From Mobula hypostoma (lineage: Eukaryota): 64,000 bases of DNA. Under the pieces are notes generated by a model. The model was not told where the DNA came from, did no database searches, and saw only the letters and a list, made by a program, of their open reading frames with translations. Below, piece by piece: positions 35,620 to 49,074 of this stretch. Position numbers and translations under genes: made by a program. The first letter of the stretch is position 1, and every line of letters begins with the position of its first letter. The stretch spans positions 104,658,001 to 104,722,000 of the forward strand of contig NC_086108.1 of NCBI RefSeq assembly GCF_963921235.1, read 5' to 3'.

Positions 35620-36570
35620 TGAGTGTTTAATGGCTCTGGGACCGTACTCATAGTCATAGTCATACTTTATTGATCCCGGGGGAAATTGGATTTTTGTTAC
35701 AGTTGCACCATAAATAATAAACAGTAATAAAATCATAAATAGTTAAATAGTAATATGTAAATTATGCCAGGAGATAAGTCCAGGACCAGCCTATTGGCTC
35801 AGGCTGTCTGACCCTCCAAGGGAAGAGTTGTAAAGTTTGAGGGCCACAGGCAGGAATGACTTCCTATGACGCTCTGTGCTGCATCTTGGTGGAATGAGTC
35901 TCTGGCTGAATGTACTCCTGTGCCCAACCAGTACATTATGTAGTGGATGGGAGACATTGTCCAAGATGGCGTGCAACTTGGACAGCATCCTCTTTTCAGA
36001 CACCACAGTCAGAGAGTCCAGTTCCATCCCCACAACATCACTGGCCTTACGAATGAGTTTGTTGATTCTGTTGGTGTCTGCTACCCTCAGCCTGCTGCCC
36101 CAGCACACAACAGCAAACATGATCGCACTGGCCACCACAGACTCGTAGAACATCCTCAGCATCGTCCGGCAGATGTTACTCACTGAAGTTTAGACAAATG
36201 AGGGGGGGTGTCTCTGAAACCCATTGAATATTGAAAGGACTAGATAGAGTTCATGTGGAGTGGATGTTTCCTATGGTAGAGAAGTCTAGGACCGAGGGGC
36301 CTCAGAATACAACGACGTCCTTTTAGAACAAAGATAAGGAGGAATTCCATAACCAGAAGGTGGTGAATCTGTGGAATTCATTGCCACAGACAGCAATGGA
36401 GACCAAGTCATTGAGTATATTTAAAGCTGAAGTTGACAGGTTCTTCATTAGAAAGGACGTTAAAGATTACAGGGAGAAGGCTTGAGATGGAAAATAGACC
36501 AGCCGTAAAGGAATGGCAGAGCAGACTTGATGGACCAAATGGTCTCACTCTGCTCCTTTGTCTTATGAGG
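35620..36570 (+). mobile_element. CR1 3' end split by an antisense Rex-Babar 3' end (35651-36177)
   Basis: tactca duplicated at both junctions; inner (catagt)n tail and ORF 35791..36183 (FYESVVASAIMFAVVCWG..SFLPVALKLYN). Confidence 0.8.
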
Positions 36571-36679
36571 TCCTAATTATTGAGTAGTGTTTTGCTGTTT
36601 TAATAAACTTCAGTGAAATAAATGTAGTTGCAGAGAGACTGGTTTCTTCCCACTCGGAATGTCCGCAAGGTTTTCAAAG

Positions 36680-36880
36680 TGACGGTGTAGCTGGTAGTGC
36701 TGCTGCCTTACAGTGACCCAAGTTCAATCTCATCTGTCTGGAGTCTGTACACTCACCTTGTCACTGTGGCTTTCCTCCGGGTGCTCTCGTTTCCCCCCAT
36801 TTCACCAAAATAAACTGTACAGGCTAATTGCCCCGAGTGTGTAGGTGTTGTTAATGTGGGGAGAATAAAACACAGGATTA
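36680..36880 (+). mobile_element. V-domain SINE remnant
   Basis: ggtgtagctgg A box, agttcaatc B box, tttcctccgggtgctctcgtttcc core. Confidence 0.6.
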
Positions 36881-37011
36881 ACCAGGAAACCAAAGAGGCA
36901 TGAGCAGTGTGACTACTTTTCTGCACAAAGTGTAAAATGGAAACCTCCTCTGCCTGTGAATGCAGTGGCGTCCTGGAGCATGGTACCCTTCACCCCAACC
37001 AGTCCATGCAA

Positions 37012-37562
37012 ACCATGGCCTTTCTCCTCTTCCGCCACAATGAGGCCACTCTCACTTTGGTGAAGGAGCAACACCCCATATTCCATCTGGTAGCCTCTGA
37101 CCTGATGGCATGAATATCGATTTCTCCAACTTCTGGTAATTATCATCCTCTCCCTCCTTTCATCTTCTTCATTTCCCCACTCTGCCCCCACTCCCCTTAT
37201 CTCTTCTCCTCACATGCCTATCACCTCCCCCTGATCTCTCTCCTTCTTCCCTTTCTCCCATAGTCCACTCTCCTCTCCTATCAGATTCCTTCTTGTCCAG
37301 TCCTTTACCTTTCCCACCTATCACCTCCCAGCTCCTCACTTTATCCACCTTCCTCACCTACCTGGCTTTGCTTTCTAGCTTTCTAGCTTCCTTCCTTCCC
37401 CTCCCCCCAACTTCTTATTCTGGCATCTTCCTGCTTCATTTCCAGTCCAGATGTAGGGTCTTGGTTCCAAACTTCGCCTGCTTATTCATTTCTATAGCTG
37501 CTGTCCGACCCACCGAGTTCTTCCAGCATTTTGTGCGTTTTGCTTTGGATTTCCAGCATCTG
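37012..37562 (+). mobile_element. Old Penelope 3' end (GIY-YIG C-terminus, pyrimidine-rich UTR, decayed hammerhead)
   Basis: cctgatggcatgaatatcgatttctccaacttc; cagtccagatgtagggtcttgg; gatttccagcatctg tail. Confidence 0.75.
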
Positions 37563-37574
37563 GTTTATCATGGT

Positions 37575-38285
37575 TTATCCATGCTAACCTTGTTGTCTAC
37601 CCAGCCAGATTTCCTGTGTTTGGACCATATCCCCCAAGTCCCACCTCTCCCTGGATCTATACAATGTTTTTAAAATATATATTGTACCTGACTTCTTCTG
37701 GCAGCTCATTCCATATACTTAATATCTTCTGTGTGCAAAAAGTTGGCTCTCAAATCTCTTTAAAATCTTTCCTATCTCACCCTAAGTCTGTGTCCTCTAG
37801 TTTTGGACTCTCGTGTACTGGGGAAAACACTGTGACATTCCACCTAACTGCTGCCTTTTGTAAATTTAAATATTTGTGTAAGTTTGTCCATCACTCTCTT
37901 ACATTCCAAGGAACAAAGATCTATAATTTAGAGTTACAACACACATCAAAGTTGCTGGTGAACGCAGCAACTCTTCCTTCAGTTAGTCCTGACGAAGGGT
38001 CTCGGCCCAAAACGTCGACTGTACCTCTTCCTAGAGATGCTGCCTGGCCTGCTGCGTTCACCAGCAACTTTGATGTGTGTTTCTATAATTTAGACCCTTG
38101 ACTCCTGCCAACAACCTTGTGAATCTTCTCTGTATTTTTTTTTCCAGTTTAAGCACATCTTTCCTATAAAAGGGTGTCCAAAAATCTACACAGTACTCCA
38201 AAAGCAGCCTTGCTAATCTTATACAATAGAAATATAATGTCCCATTTTCTATATCCAGTGCCCTGACTGATGAAAGCATAAGCCA
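37575..38285 (-). mobile_element. Degenerate CR1 3' portion containing a Penelope mini-insertion
   Basis: ORF 38058..38297 LEYCVDFWTPFYRKD..QRRFTRLL. Confidence 0.75.
37933..38081. mobile_element. 149-bp Penelope fold-back, 13-bp perfect TSD
   Basis: TSD tctataatttaga 37920-37932 / 38082-38094; inverted caacacacatcaaagttgctggtgaacgcagca arm; hammerhead at 37985-38020 with GAAA>AAAA. Confidence 0.88.
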
Positions 38286-38469
38286 GATCGAGTTCAATAG
38301 AGATACCTTTCTCTCTGAATCCAGTGCTTTAATGAATCCAAAGGTTAATTTAAAAGTGTTACTCCAGCTGTACAGTATTCATGGACCAGAACAAAGACTT
38401 AATAGTTGATGTTATGTCGATTAAACTGGGAGAAAACTATCCACATGGATGGCCGTATAGCGACTTGAC

Positions 38470-38870
38470 CAACTCTCTCTTGTCTCTACCCATGAAGATC
38501 AAGAGGAGCACAAACTTGACCGGCCACAAGCACACAGCATGCAAGAGAATTCGTAGAAGCATGGTTTCCACGAACAATTCTGTAAACAAACACGTAGACC
38601 TTGATCCTTTTTATGAGCCGATGTGGGCAAAATTCCAGACCACAATGCACAATGCCACACAGATCATCAGCGACAAGATTTCCTCCCCACATCACAATTG
38701 AATTTCCGAAGTGATGTCCAATCACCTGACTGAAAAATATAGGAAGGCCAGGTGTTCAGAAGGCACCCTAGAATCAATAGCGCACCAACAATAGCGCTCC
38801 TCGCATGGTGACGAAACGTTTGCAAGTAAATTGCCAAGATCAGAGAACAACTCAAAGCAACCAGACTTGT
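38470..38870 (+). mobile_element. Penelope (Poseidon-like) 3' remnant
   Basis: gcaagagaattcgtagaagcatgg (AREFVEAW) ...NSVNKHVDLDPFY; partial hammerhead ggtgacgaaacgtttgc; related to 49075-49445. Confidence 0.55.
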
Positions 38871-39061
38871 CAATCTCTAAATTTAAAATTAGCACTTGGT
38901 CACAGATTGGTTAAATTCATTTATTATTGTCACGTGGCTAATACATGGCATAATTTTAAGGTGCTTGGAGGAAAATATAGTGGGGAATGTCAGAGGGAAG
39001 TTGTTTACAGAGAGAGTGGTGAGTACGTGGAACACCCTACCAGGGGTAGCGTTAGAGGCAA

Positions 39062-40562
39062 ATCCATTATTTTACTTTATTGTCGCCAAACAATTGATAC
39101 TAGAGCGTACAACCATCACAGCAATATTTGATTCTGCTCTTCGCGCTCCCTGGAGTATGAATCAATAGTAAATAGTAAAAATTTAAATTATAAATCATAA
39201 ATAGAAAACAGAAAAAGGAAAGTAAGGCAGTGCAAAAAACCGAGATGCAGGTCCGGATATTTGGAGGGTACGGCCCAGATCCAGGTCAGGATCCGTTCAG
39301 CAGTCTTATCACAGTTGGAAAGAAGCTGTTACCAAATCTGGCCGTACGAGTCTTCAAGTTCCTGAGCCTTCTCCTGGAGGGAAGAGGGACGAAAAATGTG
39401 TTGGCTGGGTGGGTCGTGTCCTTGATTATCCTGGCAGCACTGATCAGACAGCGTGCGGTGTAAAGTGAGTCCGTGGACAGAAGATTGTTTTGTGTGATGT
39501 GCTGCGCTGTGTTCATGATCTTCTGCAGCTTCTTCCGGTCTTGGACAGGACAACTTCCATACCAGGTTGTGATGCACCCTAGAAGAATGCTTTCTACGGT
39601 GCATCTATAAAAATTAGTGAGGGTTTTAGGGGACAGGTCAATTTTTTTCAGCTTTCTCAGGAAGTAAAGGCGCTGGTGGGCCTTCTTGGCAGTGGACTCT
39701 GCTTGGTTGGACCAAGTCAGGTCACTTGTGATATTGACCCCGAGGAACTTAAAGCTTTTGACCTGTTTCACTTGTGCACCACTGATGTAAATGGGGTCGT
39801 GCGGTCCGCTACTCCTTCTGAAGTCAACAACCAATTCCTTCGTCTTGCTGACATTGAGGATAGGTTATTGTCTTCACACCATGCCACCAGGGTCTTAATT
39901 TCCTCTTTGTACTCAAACTCATCATTACCCGAGATACGGCCTACAATTGTGGTGTCATCAGCAAACTTATATATTGAGTTTGATGGAAACTTGGCTGCAC
40001 AATCATGGGTGTACAGTGAGTACAGCAGGGGGCTGAGTACACTGCCTTGTGGGGCACCGGTGCTCAGAGTGATTGTAGAGGAGAACTTGTCCCCTATTTT
40101 TACAGCCTGGGTCCTGTCTGTGAGGAAGTTGAAGATCCAGCTGCAGATCTGTGTGCTAAGGCCCAGGTTCCAGAGCTTAGGAATCAGTTTATTTGGGATG
40201 ATGGTATTAAAGGCAGAGCTGTAGTCAATGAAAAGGAGCCTTATGTATGCGTCTTTATTCTCCAGGTGTTCTAAGGAGGAATGTAGGGCTAGAGAGGTGG
40301 CATCTGCCGTTGACCTGTTGCTCCGGTAGGTGAATTGCAAAGCGTCGAGGTTGACTGGTAGGCTGTGGTTGATGTGTGCCATAACCAATCTCTCGAAGTA
40401 CTTCATAGCAATTGATGTCAGAGCCACAGATTGATAGTCATTCAGGCATGCCACCTCGCTCTTCATCAGCACTGGGATTATCGTTGCCTTCTTAAAACAC
40501 GAGGGGATCTTAGACTGAAGCAAGGAGCAGTTGAAGATGTCAGCAAACACTCCAGCTAGCTC
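39062..40562 (-). mobile_element. Rex-Babar LINE, RT and 3' end, inserted in a CR1 fragment
   Basis: ORF 39768..40574 ([30 protein letters not shown]) frameshifted into 39286..39834; tccatta duplicated at both ends. Confidence 0.9.
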
Positions 40563-40919
40563 CATTAGGGACATCTATGAAACGTTCTACATCAGCTTTC
40601 TGTGACTATCAATTGCTTGGCATCCATCTTTATTCACGTGAGAATGCTGCGTCTCTTAATGCCTGTATATATAAGCCCATAAACATACCTATACGTTCTC
40701 CAATTGTCTCATTAAACAACCTCATGGTGCAGTCACACTAAATACATCTTTTGTTCCAGATTCCAGCATCTACGATCTCTTGTGTCTCCAAGTACCCTTC
40801 ATCAGGACAAGAAAGAAAGAGGGGAGATAACCAGTATAAAAAGGTGAAGGGCGTGGAAGCCATGAAGTAACAATTGGCCGGTGATAGGTGGATCCCGGTT
40901 TTTTCCAGTCTATTATTCT

Positions 40920-41970
40920 AACTTGTTCAAGGTGATTGGAGGGACGTCAGTGGTAAGTTCTTTAGACAGTGGTAGAGGCAGGAACATTAAAGGTGCTTAA
41001 GACACTCTTAATTAGGTGGTTGGATCATAGAAAAATGGAGGGCGGTGTAGGAGGAAAGGATTAAGTTGATCTTAGAGTAGGTAAAAATTTTGATACATCG
41101 TGGCCGAAGGGCCTGTACTGTGCTGTAAGGTTCTATGTTCTAAACCTTCACTTCTAACTTTAAAACTATGTTCTCTTATTTTTGATTTTCCCAACCATAG
41201 GAAAAAAGAGCACTCACCTTCTTTATGTACGTATGCATTTATTTATTTATTGTCATACAGCGTGGAGTAGGTCTCTCCAGCTCTTCAAGTCGCACTACCC
41301 AGCAATCCCCTGATTTAGCCCTAGCCTAATTACAGGATAACTTACAATGACCAACCTACCTACCAGTATGTCTTTGAACTGTGGGAGGAAACCCATGTGA
41401 TCATGGAGAGAATGTACAAACTCCTTACAGGCAGTGGTGGGAAATGAACCCAGGTTGCTCTATCCTCAGAGAATTCAATCAGGTTCGTAAGGCATGACCT
41501 ACCCTTGACAAAGCCATGTGACTATCCCTAATCAGATTACGTCTCTCCAAATACTCATAAACCCTACCTCTCAGGATCTTCTTCAACAACTTGTCCACTA
41601 CTGAAGTAAGATTCACTGGTAAAATTTCCTGGGTTATTTCTACATGTGGATAGCCCGAGGATTTTACCCAGGGCTGAAATGGCTAACACGAGGGGGCATA
41701 GTTTTAAAGTGTTTGGAAGTAGTTACAGGGTGGATGCCAGAGGTAAGTTTTCCACACAGAGATTGATGGGTACGTGGAACACACTGCCAGTGATGGTGGT
41801 GGAGGCCGATACAATAGGGTCTTTTAAGAGACTCTTAGATAGGTACATGAAGCTTAGAAAAATAAGGGGCTATGTGCTAGGGAAATTCTTGGCTGGTTTT
41901 AGGTTACATGGTTGCACAACATTGTGGGCTGGAGGGCCTGTAATGTGCTGTAGATTTGTATGTTCTAAAG
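40920..41970. mobile_element. Cluster of decayed CR1 ends and a V-SINE (41235-41460, minus)
   Basis: ttctatgttcta tails; ORF 41646..41981 (TRGHSFKV..FSTQR..WNTLP); gtgggaggaaacccatg core. Confidence 0.6.
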
Positions 41971-42124
41971 TTAGAGGTTAGAATTGAAATCAGAATCAGG
42001 TTTATTTCCACTGACATACGTCGTGAAATTTGTTGCTTTGTGGAGGCAGTAAATGCAATACATAAAATATACTATAAATTATAAAAATAATGTAAAATAA
42101 TGAAACAAAACTTTTCAGTTATAC

Positions 42125-44122
42125 TGTATAAAGAATAAAAGGGAGGCGAGACACACAAAATACTGAAGGAACTCAGCAGGCCAGGCAGCATCTATGGAAA
42201 ACAGTACAGTTGACGTTTTGGGCCAAGACATTTTGGCAGCACTGTAGGTTTCTCCCCAGATGCTGCCTGGCCTGCTGAGTTCTTCCAGCATTTTGTGTGT
42301 GTTGCTTGGATTTCCAGCATCTGCAGATTTTCTCTTGAAAGGGAGGTGAGAGTTGGTATTGGACCACTGGAAAATGATATTGGTGAGGTAATAATCAAAG
42401 AAATAACAAATGAACTTAATAAGTACTTTGCTTCACTCTTTACTGTTGAAGACACTAGCTGTATGCTGGAGGTCCACGAGTGTCAAGGAGCAGGAGCGAG
42501 TGCCATTGCTGTTACAAAGGAAAAAGTGTTAGCCAAACTGAAAGGTCTTAAGGTGGATAAGTCACCTGTACCAGATGGACTACATCTCAGAGTCTTGAAA
42601 GAGGTTGCTGAAGAGATAATGGATTCATTGGTCATGATCTTTCAAGAATCACTTGATTCTGGCATGGTCCTGGAGGACTGGAAAAATGCAAATATCACTC
42701 CACTCTTTAAGAAGAGAAGAAGACAGAAGAGAGGAAATTATAGGCTAGTTAGCCTAACCTCAGTGTTTGGGATAGTGTTGGAGTCCACTATTAAGGGCGA
42801 GGTTTTAGGGTACTTGGAGACTAATGATAAAATAATTCAAAGTCAGCATGGTTTCTGTAAAGGGAAATCTTGCCTGACAAACCTGTTGGAATTCTTTGAA
42901 GAAGCAACAAGCAGGTGGACAAAGGAGAAGCAGTGTATGACATTTACTTAGATTTTCAGCAGGCATTTGATTAGCTGCCTCACATGAGGCTGCTTAACAA
43001 GGTAAAATCCTATGTTGTTACAGGAAAGAAACTGACATAGATAGAGGAATGGCTGACAGGCAGGAGGCAGCAAGTGGGGAAAAAAGGGGGCCTTTTCTGG
43101 TTGGCTACCAGTGGTGTTCTTCAGGGGTCAGTACTGGGACCACTACTTCTCACATTGTTTGTCAACAGTGGAATTGATGGCCTGGTGGCAAAGTTTGCGG
43201 ATGATACAAAGATAGGTGGAGGAGTAGGTAGTGCTGAGGAAGCAATGCAATACAGCAAGACTTAGACAAATTAGAAGAATGGGCAAAAAACTGGCAGATG
43301 GAATACAGTGTTGGGAAATGTATGATAATGCATTTTGGTAAAAAGAACAATGGTGCAGACTTTTATCTAAATGAGAAAAAAATTCAAACATCAGAGGTGC
43401 AAAGGGACTTAGGGGTCCTTGTGCAAGACTCCCAGAAGGTTAATTTACAAGTTGTGTCTGTGGTAAAGAAGGAAAATGCAATGTTGGCATTTATTTCAAG
43501 GGTAATAGAATATAAAAGTAATGAGATAATGCTAAAGCTTTATAAGACACTAATCAGGCCGCACTTGGAATATTGTCAACAGTTTTGGGCCCCTTATCTC
43601 AGAAAGGATGTGTTGTCATTGGAAAGAGTGCAATGTAGGTTCAAAAGGATGATTCTGGGAATGAAGGGGTTAACGTATAAGGAGCGTTTGGCAGCTTTGT
43701 GCCTGTACTCACTGGAATTCAGAAGAATGCTAGGGGAGGGTCTCATTGAAACCTGCAGAACGTTGAACAGACCAGATAGAGTGGATGTGGAGAGGATGGT
43801 TCCTCTGGTGGGGTATCCAGAACTAAAGGACACAGCCTTAAAATTGAGGAGCGACCTTTTAGAACAGAAGTAAGGAGGAATTTTTTTAGCCAAAGAGTGG
43901 TGAATCTGTGGTATGCTCTGCCACAGACTGCAGTGGAGGCCGATTCCGTGGGTATATTTAAAGCGGAAGTTGATAAATTCCTGATTGTTCGGGGCTTCAA
44001 GGGATATGGTGAAAGGGCAGGTGTATGGGGTTGAATGGGATCCGGGATCAGCCATGATGAAATGGTGGAATGCACTTGATGGGCTGAATGGCCTAATTCT
44101 GTTCCTATGTCTTATGGTCTTA
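42125..44122 (+). mobile_element. CR1 LINE (degenerate ORF2)
   Basis: ORFs 42295..42951, 43074..43265 (FADD), 43298..43873; tcttatggtctt tail. Confidence 0.9.
42152..42337. mobile_element. 186-bp Penelope fold-back, 14-bp TSD
   Basis: TSD aaagggaggcgaga 42138-42151 / aaagggaggtgaga 42338-42351 (CpG transition); inverted arms; tail on the right arm. Confidence 0.85.
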
Positions 44123-44264
44123 ACTGGTGCATAAAGAGTGTAAAAATAGAGTGAGGTAGTGTTCATGGGTTCATTGTCTGGTCGCTTGCTACTACCGGAG
44201 TCTTGGGTCTTGGGTAAGGTTTAATTGATTCAGTTTGTGAACTGGACTTTGTAGTTCATGTTAT

Positions 44265-47200
44265 ATAAGACCATAAGACCATAAGATATAGAAGCAGAAG
44301 TAGGCCATTTGGCCCATCGAGTCTGCTCCGCCATTCAATCATGGGCTGATCCAATTCTTTCAGTCATTCCCACTCCCCTGCCTTCTCCTCATATCCTTTG
44401 ATGCCCTGACTAATTAAGAACCTATCTATCTCTGCCTTAAATGCACCCAATGACTTGGCCACTCATGGCAACAAATTCCACAGATTCACCACCCTCTGAT
44501 GGAAGTAATTTCTCCGCATCTCTGTTCTAAATGGATGTTCTTCAATTCTGAAGTCGTGCCCTCTTGTCCTAGACTCCCCTACCATGGGAAATAACTTTGC
44601 CATATCTAATCTGTTGAGGCCTTTTAACATTTGAAATGTTTCTATGATATCCCCCCTCATTCTGCTGAACTCCAGGGAGTACAGCCCAAGAGCTGCCAGA
44701 CGTTTCTCATGTGGTAACCCTTTCATTCCTGAAATCATTCTCATGAATTTTCTCTAAACCCTCTCCAATGTCAGTATATCCTTTCTAAAATAAGGAGCCC
44801 AAAACTACACACAATACTCCAAACGTGGTCTGACGAGTGCTTTAAACAGCCTCAACATCACATCCCTGCTCTTATATTCTATACCTCTAGAAATGAATGC
44901 CAACATTGCATTTGCTTTCTTCACCACCGACTCAACCTGGAGGTTAATCATTAGGGTATCCTACACAAGCACTCCCATGTCCCTTTGCATCTCTGCATTT
45001 TGAATTCTCTCCTCATCCAGATAATAGTCTGCCTGTTTATTTCTTCCATCAAAGTGCATGACCATACACTTTCCAACATTGTATTTCATTTGCCATTTCT
45101 TTGCCCATTCCCCTAAACTATCTAAGTCTCTCTGCAGGCTCTCTGTTTCCTCAGCACTACCTGCTCCTCCACCTATCTTGGTATCACTGGAAAATTTAGC
45201 CACAAATCCATTAAGCCCATAGTCCAAATCATTGACATACATCGTAAAAAGCAGTCGTCCCAAAACTGACCCCTGTGGAACTCCACTGGTAACCGGCAGC
45301 CAGCCAGAATAGGATCTCTTTATTCAACACTCTCTGTTTTCTGCTACTCAGCCAATGCTCCACCCATGCTAATAACTTCCCTGTAATTCCATGGGCTCTT
45401 ATCTTGCTAAGCAGCCTCACGGGCGGCACCTTGTCAAAGGCCTTCTGAAAGTCCAAGTACACCACATTTACTGGCCGGCTGGTGGCGCAATGGCATCAGC
45501 GCTGGACTCCGGAGTGAAGGCTCCTGGGTTCGAATCCAAGTCGGGCCACCCGCCCCACGCCCCACCCCCGAGCACGCTTTGCATCCGTGCCAGGTTGAGC
45601 GCTGAACTAGCCACTCGGCCTCGTAAAAAAAAAGGGTCAAGTCAGGAATGTTCACATCGTGACCCGGTTAATCCGAAAGGAGACCAATCATGACACCATG
45701 TGCCAGACGAGAATGACTGACTGTCTGGTGCAACATGCTAATAAAAAACACATTTACTGCAACTCCTTTGTCTATCCTGCTTGTAATTTCCTCAAAAAAT
45801 TGCAGTAGGTTAGTCAGGGAAGATTTTCCTTTCAGGAAACCATACTGGCTTTGGCCTATCTTGTCATGTGCCTCAGGTATTCCATAATCTCATCCCTAAC
45901 AATCGATTCCAACAATTTCCCAACCACTGATGTCAGACTAACAGGTCTATAGTTTCCTTTCTGGTGCCCCCACCCTTCTTAAATAGTGGAGTAATATTTG
46001 CAATTTTCCAGTCATCTGTTACAATGCCAGAATCTATCGATTCTTAAAAGATCATTGTTAATGTCTCCGCAATTTCTCCAGCTACTTCCTCAAGAACTCG
46101 AGGGTGCATTCCATCAGGTCCAGGAGATTTATCCACCCTCAGACCCTTAAGCTTTCTGAACACCTTCTCAGTTGTAATTTTCACTGCACATACTTCACTT
46201 CCCTGACACTCTTGAATGTCTGGTATACTGTAGATGACTTCTACTGTGAAGACTGATGCAAAATATGCATTCAGTTCCTCTGCCATCTCTGCATCTCTCA
46301 TTACAATATCTTCAGCGTCATTTTCTATTGGTCCTATATCTACCTTCAACTCTCTTTTACCCTTTATATGCTGAAAAAGTTTTTAGTATCTTTGATATTA
46401 GTCGCCAGCTTCCTTTTATAATTCATTTTTTCCTTCCTAATGACCTTCTTAGTTTCCTTCTGCAAGTTATTAAAAGCTTCCCAATCCTCTATCTTCCCAC
46501 TAGCTTTGGCTTACTTGTATGCCCTCTCTTTTGATTTTACTTTGGCTCTGACTTCACTTGTCAGCTACGGTAGAGTCCTTCTTCCATTTGAAAATTTCTC
46601 CTTATTTGGAATATATGTGTCTTAAATTTCCCTCATTTTTTTTGCAGAAACTCCAGCCATTGCTGCTCTGCTATCCTTCCTGCTAGTTTTCTTTTCCAGT
46701 CAACTTTAGACAGTTCCCCTCTCATGTCATTGTAATTTCCTTTATTCCACTGAAATACGGACACATTGAAATTTAGTTTCTCCTTCTCAAATTTCAAAGT
46801 GAACTCGATCATATTGTCATCACTGTTCCCTAAGGGTTCCTTAACCTCAATCGCTCTTATCACCTCTGGATCATTGCACAACACCCAATCCAGCACAGCC
46901 GATCCCCTAGTGGGCTCAACATCAAGCTGTTCTACAAAGCCATTCCTCAGACATTCTTCAAATTCTCCCTCTTGAGATCTAGTACTGGCCTGGTTTTCAC
47001 AATCCACTTTCATGTTAAAATCCCCAACAATTATCATGGCATTGTCCTTCTGATATGTCTTTACTATCTCCTGCTGTAATTTGTAATCCATATCCTGGCT
47101 GCTGTTTGGAGGCCTGTATACAACTGCCATTAGGGTCCTTTTACCCTTGCTGCTTCTTAACTCAACTGAGAGAGACTCTACACCTGCCGATCCTTTGTCA

Positions 47201-47765
47201 TCTCTTTCTAATGATTTAATATTATCTCTCATGCACAGGGCCACACCACCCCCTCTGCCTACTAACCTATCTTTCCAATACACCGTATATCTTTAGACAT
47301 TCAACTCCTAATGGCAGCCATCCTTTAGCCATGTTTCAGAGATAGCCAAAATGTCATACTTGCCAATCTGTAGCTGAATTTCAAAATCGTCCATTTTATT
47401 TCTTATGCTGCCTGCATTCAAATGCAACACTTTCAGTCCAGTATTTGTTGCTTTCTGTTTTACCCGCACCACGCCTCTATTGCCCTGTAACTCATGCCAC
47501 TGGCTGTGATAAAGCCTCATCTCCTGCCTGTCCTTTCTATCATTTCTGTTGCATGCTATTTTTGATTTATTTCTGTTTTCCCCTTCCTCAGCCCTATCAC
47601 TCCGGTTCCCATCCCCCTGCCAAATTGGTTTAAACCCTCCCTAACAGCTCCATTAAATTCTCCTGCTAGGATATTGGACCCCTTTGGATTCAGGTGTAAC
47701 CCGTCCTTTTTGCACAGGTCGTACCTCCCCCAGAAGATGCCCCAATGATGTAGGAACACGAAGCA
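44265..47765 (-). mobile_element. CR1 LINE, near-complete ORF2 plus ORF1 C-terminus, decayed
   Basis: (taagacca)n tail; ORFs 44463.., 44961.., 46044.., 46633.. (YRPP, GDFN), 47308.. (ISETW), 47556.. (KKDGLHLN). Confidence 0.92.
45474..45748 (+). mobile_element. tRNA-derived SINE, 11-bp TSD
   Basis: A box tggcgcaatgg, B box ggttcgaatcc, A-rich end; TSD cacatttactg 45463-45473 / 45749-45759. Confidence 0.9.
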
Positions 47766-47789
47766 CATGTGTTTCTGGTTTCCGGTTAC

Positions 47790-48140
47790 CCCTTTTTCTA
47801 ATTGTCATTTTGTGCAATTTTAACTAGAGCAGACTGGCTCTGCAGTCAACGAACAACACGTCGCTAAATTCAAATGAACTGAACTGAGCTGAGCATTCCT
47901 GGGACTGTTTCAAGGACTCTATGGTTTGACGTTTAATATTACATGCGCTATTCGCTCATTATTTTTGCTTTTGTGCGATTGGTGTTTTCTCTTTGCAATT
48001 TGAGTGTTTGATGTTTTTCTTTGAATGGGTTCCACGCTTTTCTTTGTTTCATGGTTGTCTGTGGGGAAGACAAATCTCAGGGTTCAAACTGCATTCACAC
48101 TTTGATAATAAATGTGCTTTGAATCTTTGAATCTTTGATT
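47790..48140 (+). repeat. Non-LTR retroposon 3' portion with (ctttgaa)n tail
   Basis: gaagacaaatctcagggtt...ctttgaatctttgaatctttga; related ends at ~34760-34824 and ~52470-52530 (minus). Confidence 0.55.
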
Positions 48141-48445
48141 TTGATGGACTTAAAGGACTGATATGGAATAAAATGTGCATAACCACGTAAATGCCAGAAT
48201 GTATTTACAAAGTAAACAGAACTATAAAAAGTAGTTGAAGGTGTTTATTGTGCAGTGCATTGATGGTTGATCAGATATACTGCCTGTGGTGAAGAAACTT
48301 TTAATATAGAGTGTTTTTTGTTTTTGTTTTAATAGCCCTGTAGCTCTTTCTAAAAGAGAGATTTCTCGTGCTGAATCAATGAATTTGTGTACCTTTGTTG
48401 ACGCACTTACTTTACTGGGTTATACAGGCAATACTAATCATTGTA

Positions 48446-48581
48446 AACAAAAGAAAATCTGCAAATGCTGGAAATCCGAGCCACACATACAAAATGCTGG
48501 ATGAACTCAGCAGGCCAGGCAGCATCTATGGAAAAAAGTACAGTGGACGTTTTGGGCCAAAACCCTTCAGGACTGAAGAAA
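48446..48581 (-). mobile_element. Single Penelope pLTR end, 10-bp TSD
   Basis: TSD aatcattgta 48436-48445 / 48582-48591; decayed hammerhead. Confidence 0.7.
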
Positions 48582-49074
48582 AATCATTGTATTGGTCTTG
48601 TATTACTGCTGTTGTAGGAGTGAACGAAGGTAATTCAATTTATCAACACCTTTAATTTAATCCATTATGTAGACTATTAGAGCAACTCTCGATAGGTTTG
48701 CTGTTCATGTATCAATTTGTGATTTCCACTACATGCCACAGCATCTTAATTCAGTTGGTAGCACACGTGTCCTTAACCTCTCAGATCGCTGTGAGCCCTA
48801 ACTGAGTGTGGAGACGACTTGAGGCCTTAGTGCCTCTCTTGCACAAGGACTCCTAACCGAACCAGCCAAAAGTAAACTACAGGTTCATCCAGCTTTCCAA
48901 CTTTTGGTCCATAGTATTACAGGAATCACAATCAAATTTATTACAGGAATATGGAATCTATGCAATCTTGGATATTACAGGAATCCTGAAAATATTCATG
49001 GAGTCTTGGATATTATTGGAATCTTGGTCCATAACATTACAGTAATCAGAATCAGGCTCGTTTATTATCACAAA

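Noticed and set aside
45474..45545. tRNA gene
   Set aside because: A/B boxes are present but there is no proper cloverleaf; it continues into a SINE body with A-tail and TSD.
48900..49045. Degenerate internal repeats (ttggatattacaggaatc)
   Set aside because: Looks like a decayed minisatellite; no further structure supported.
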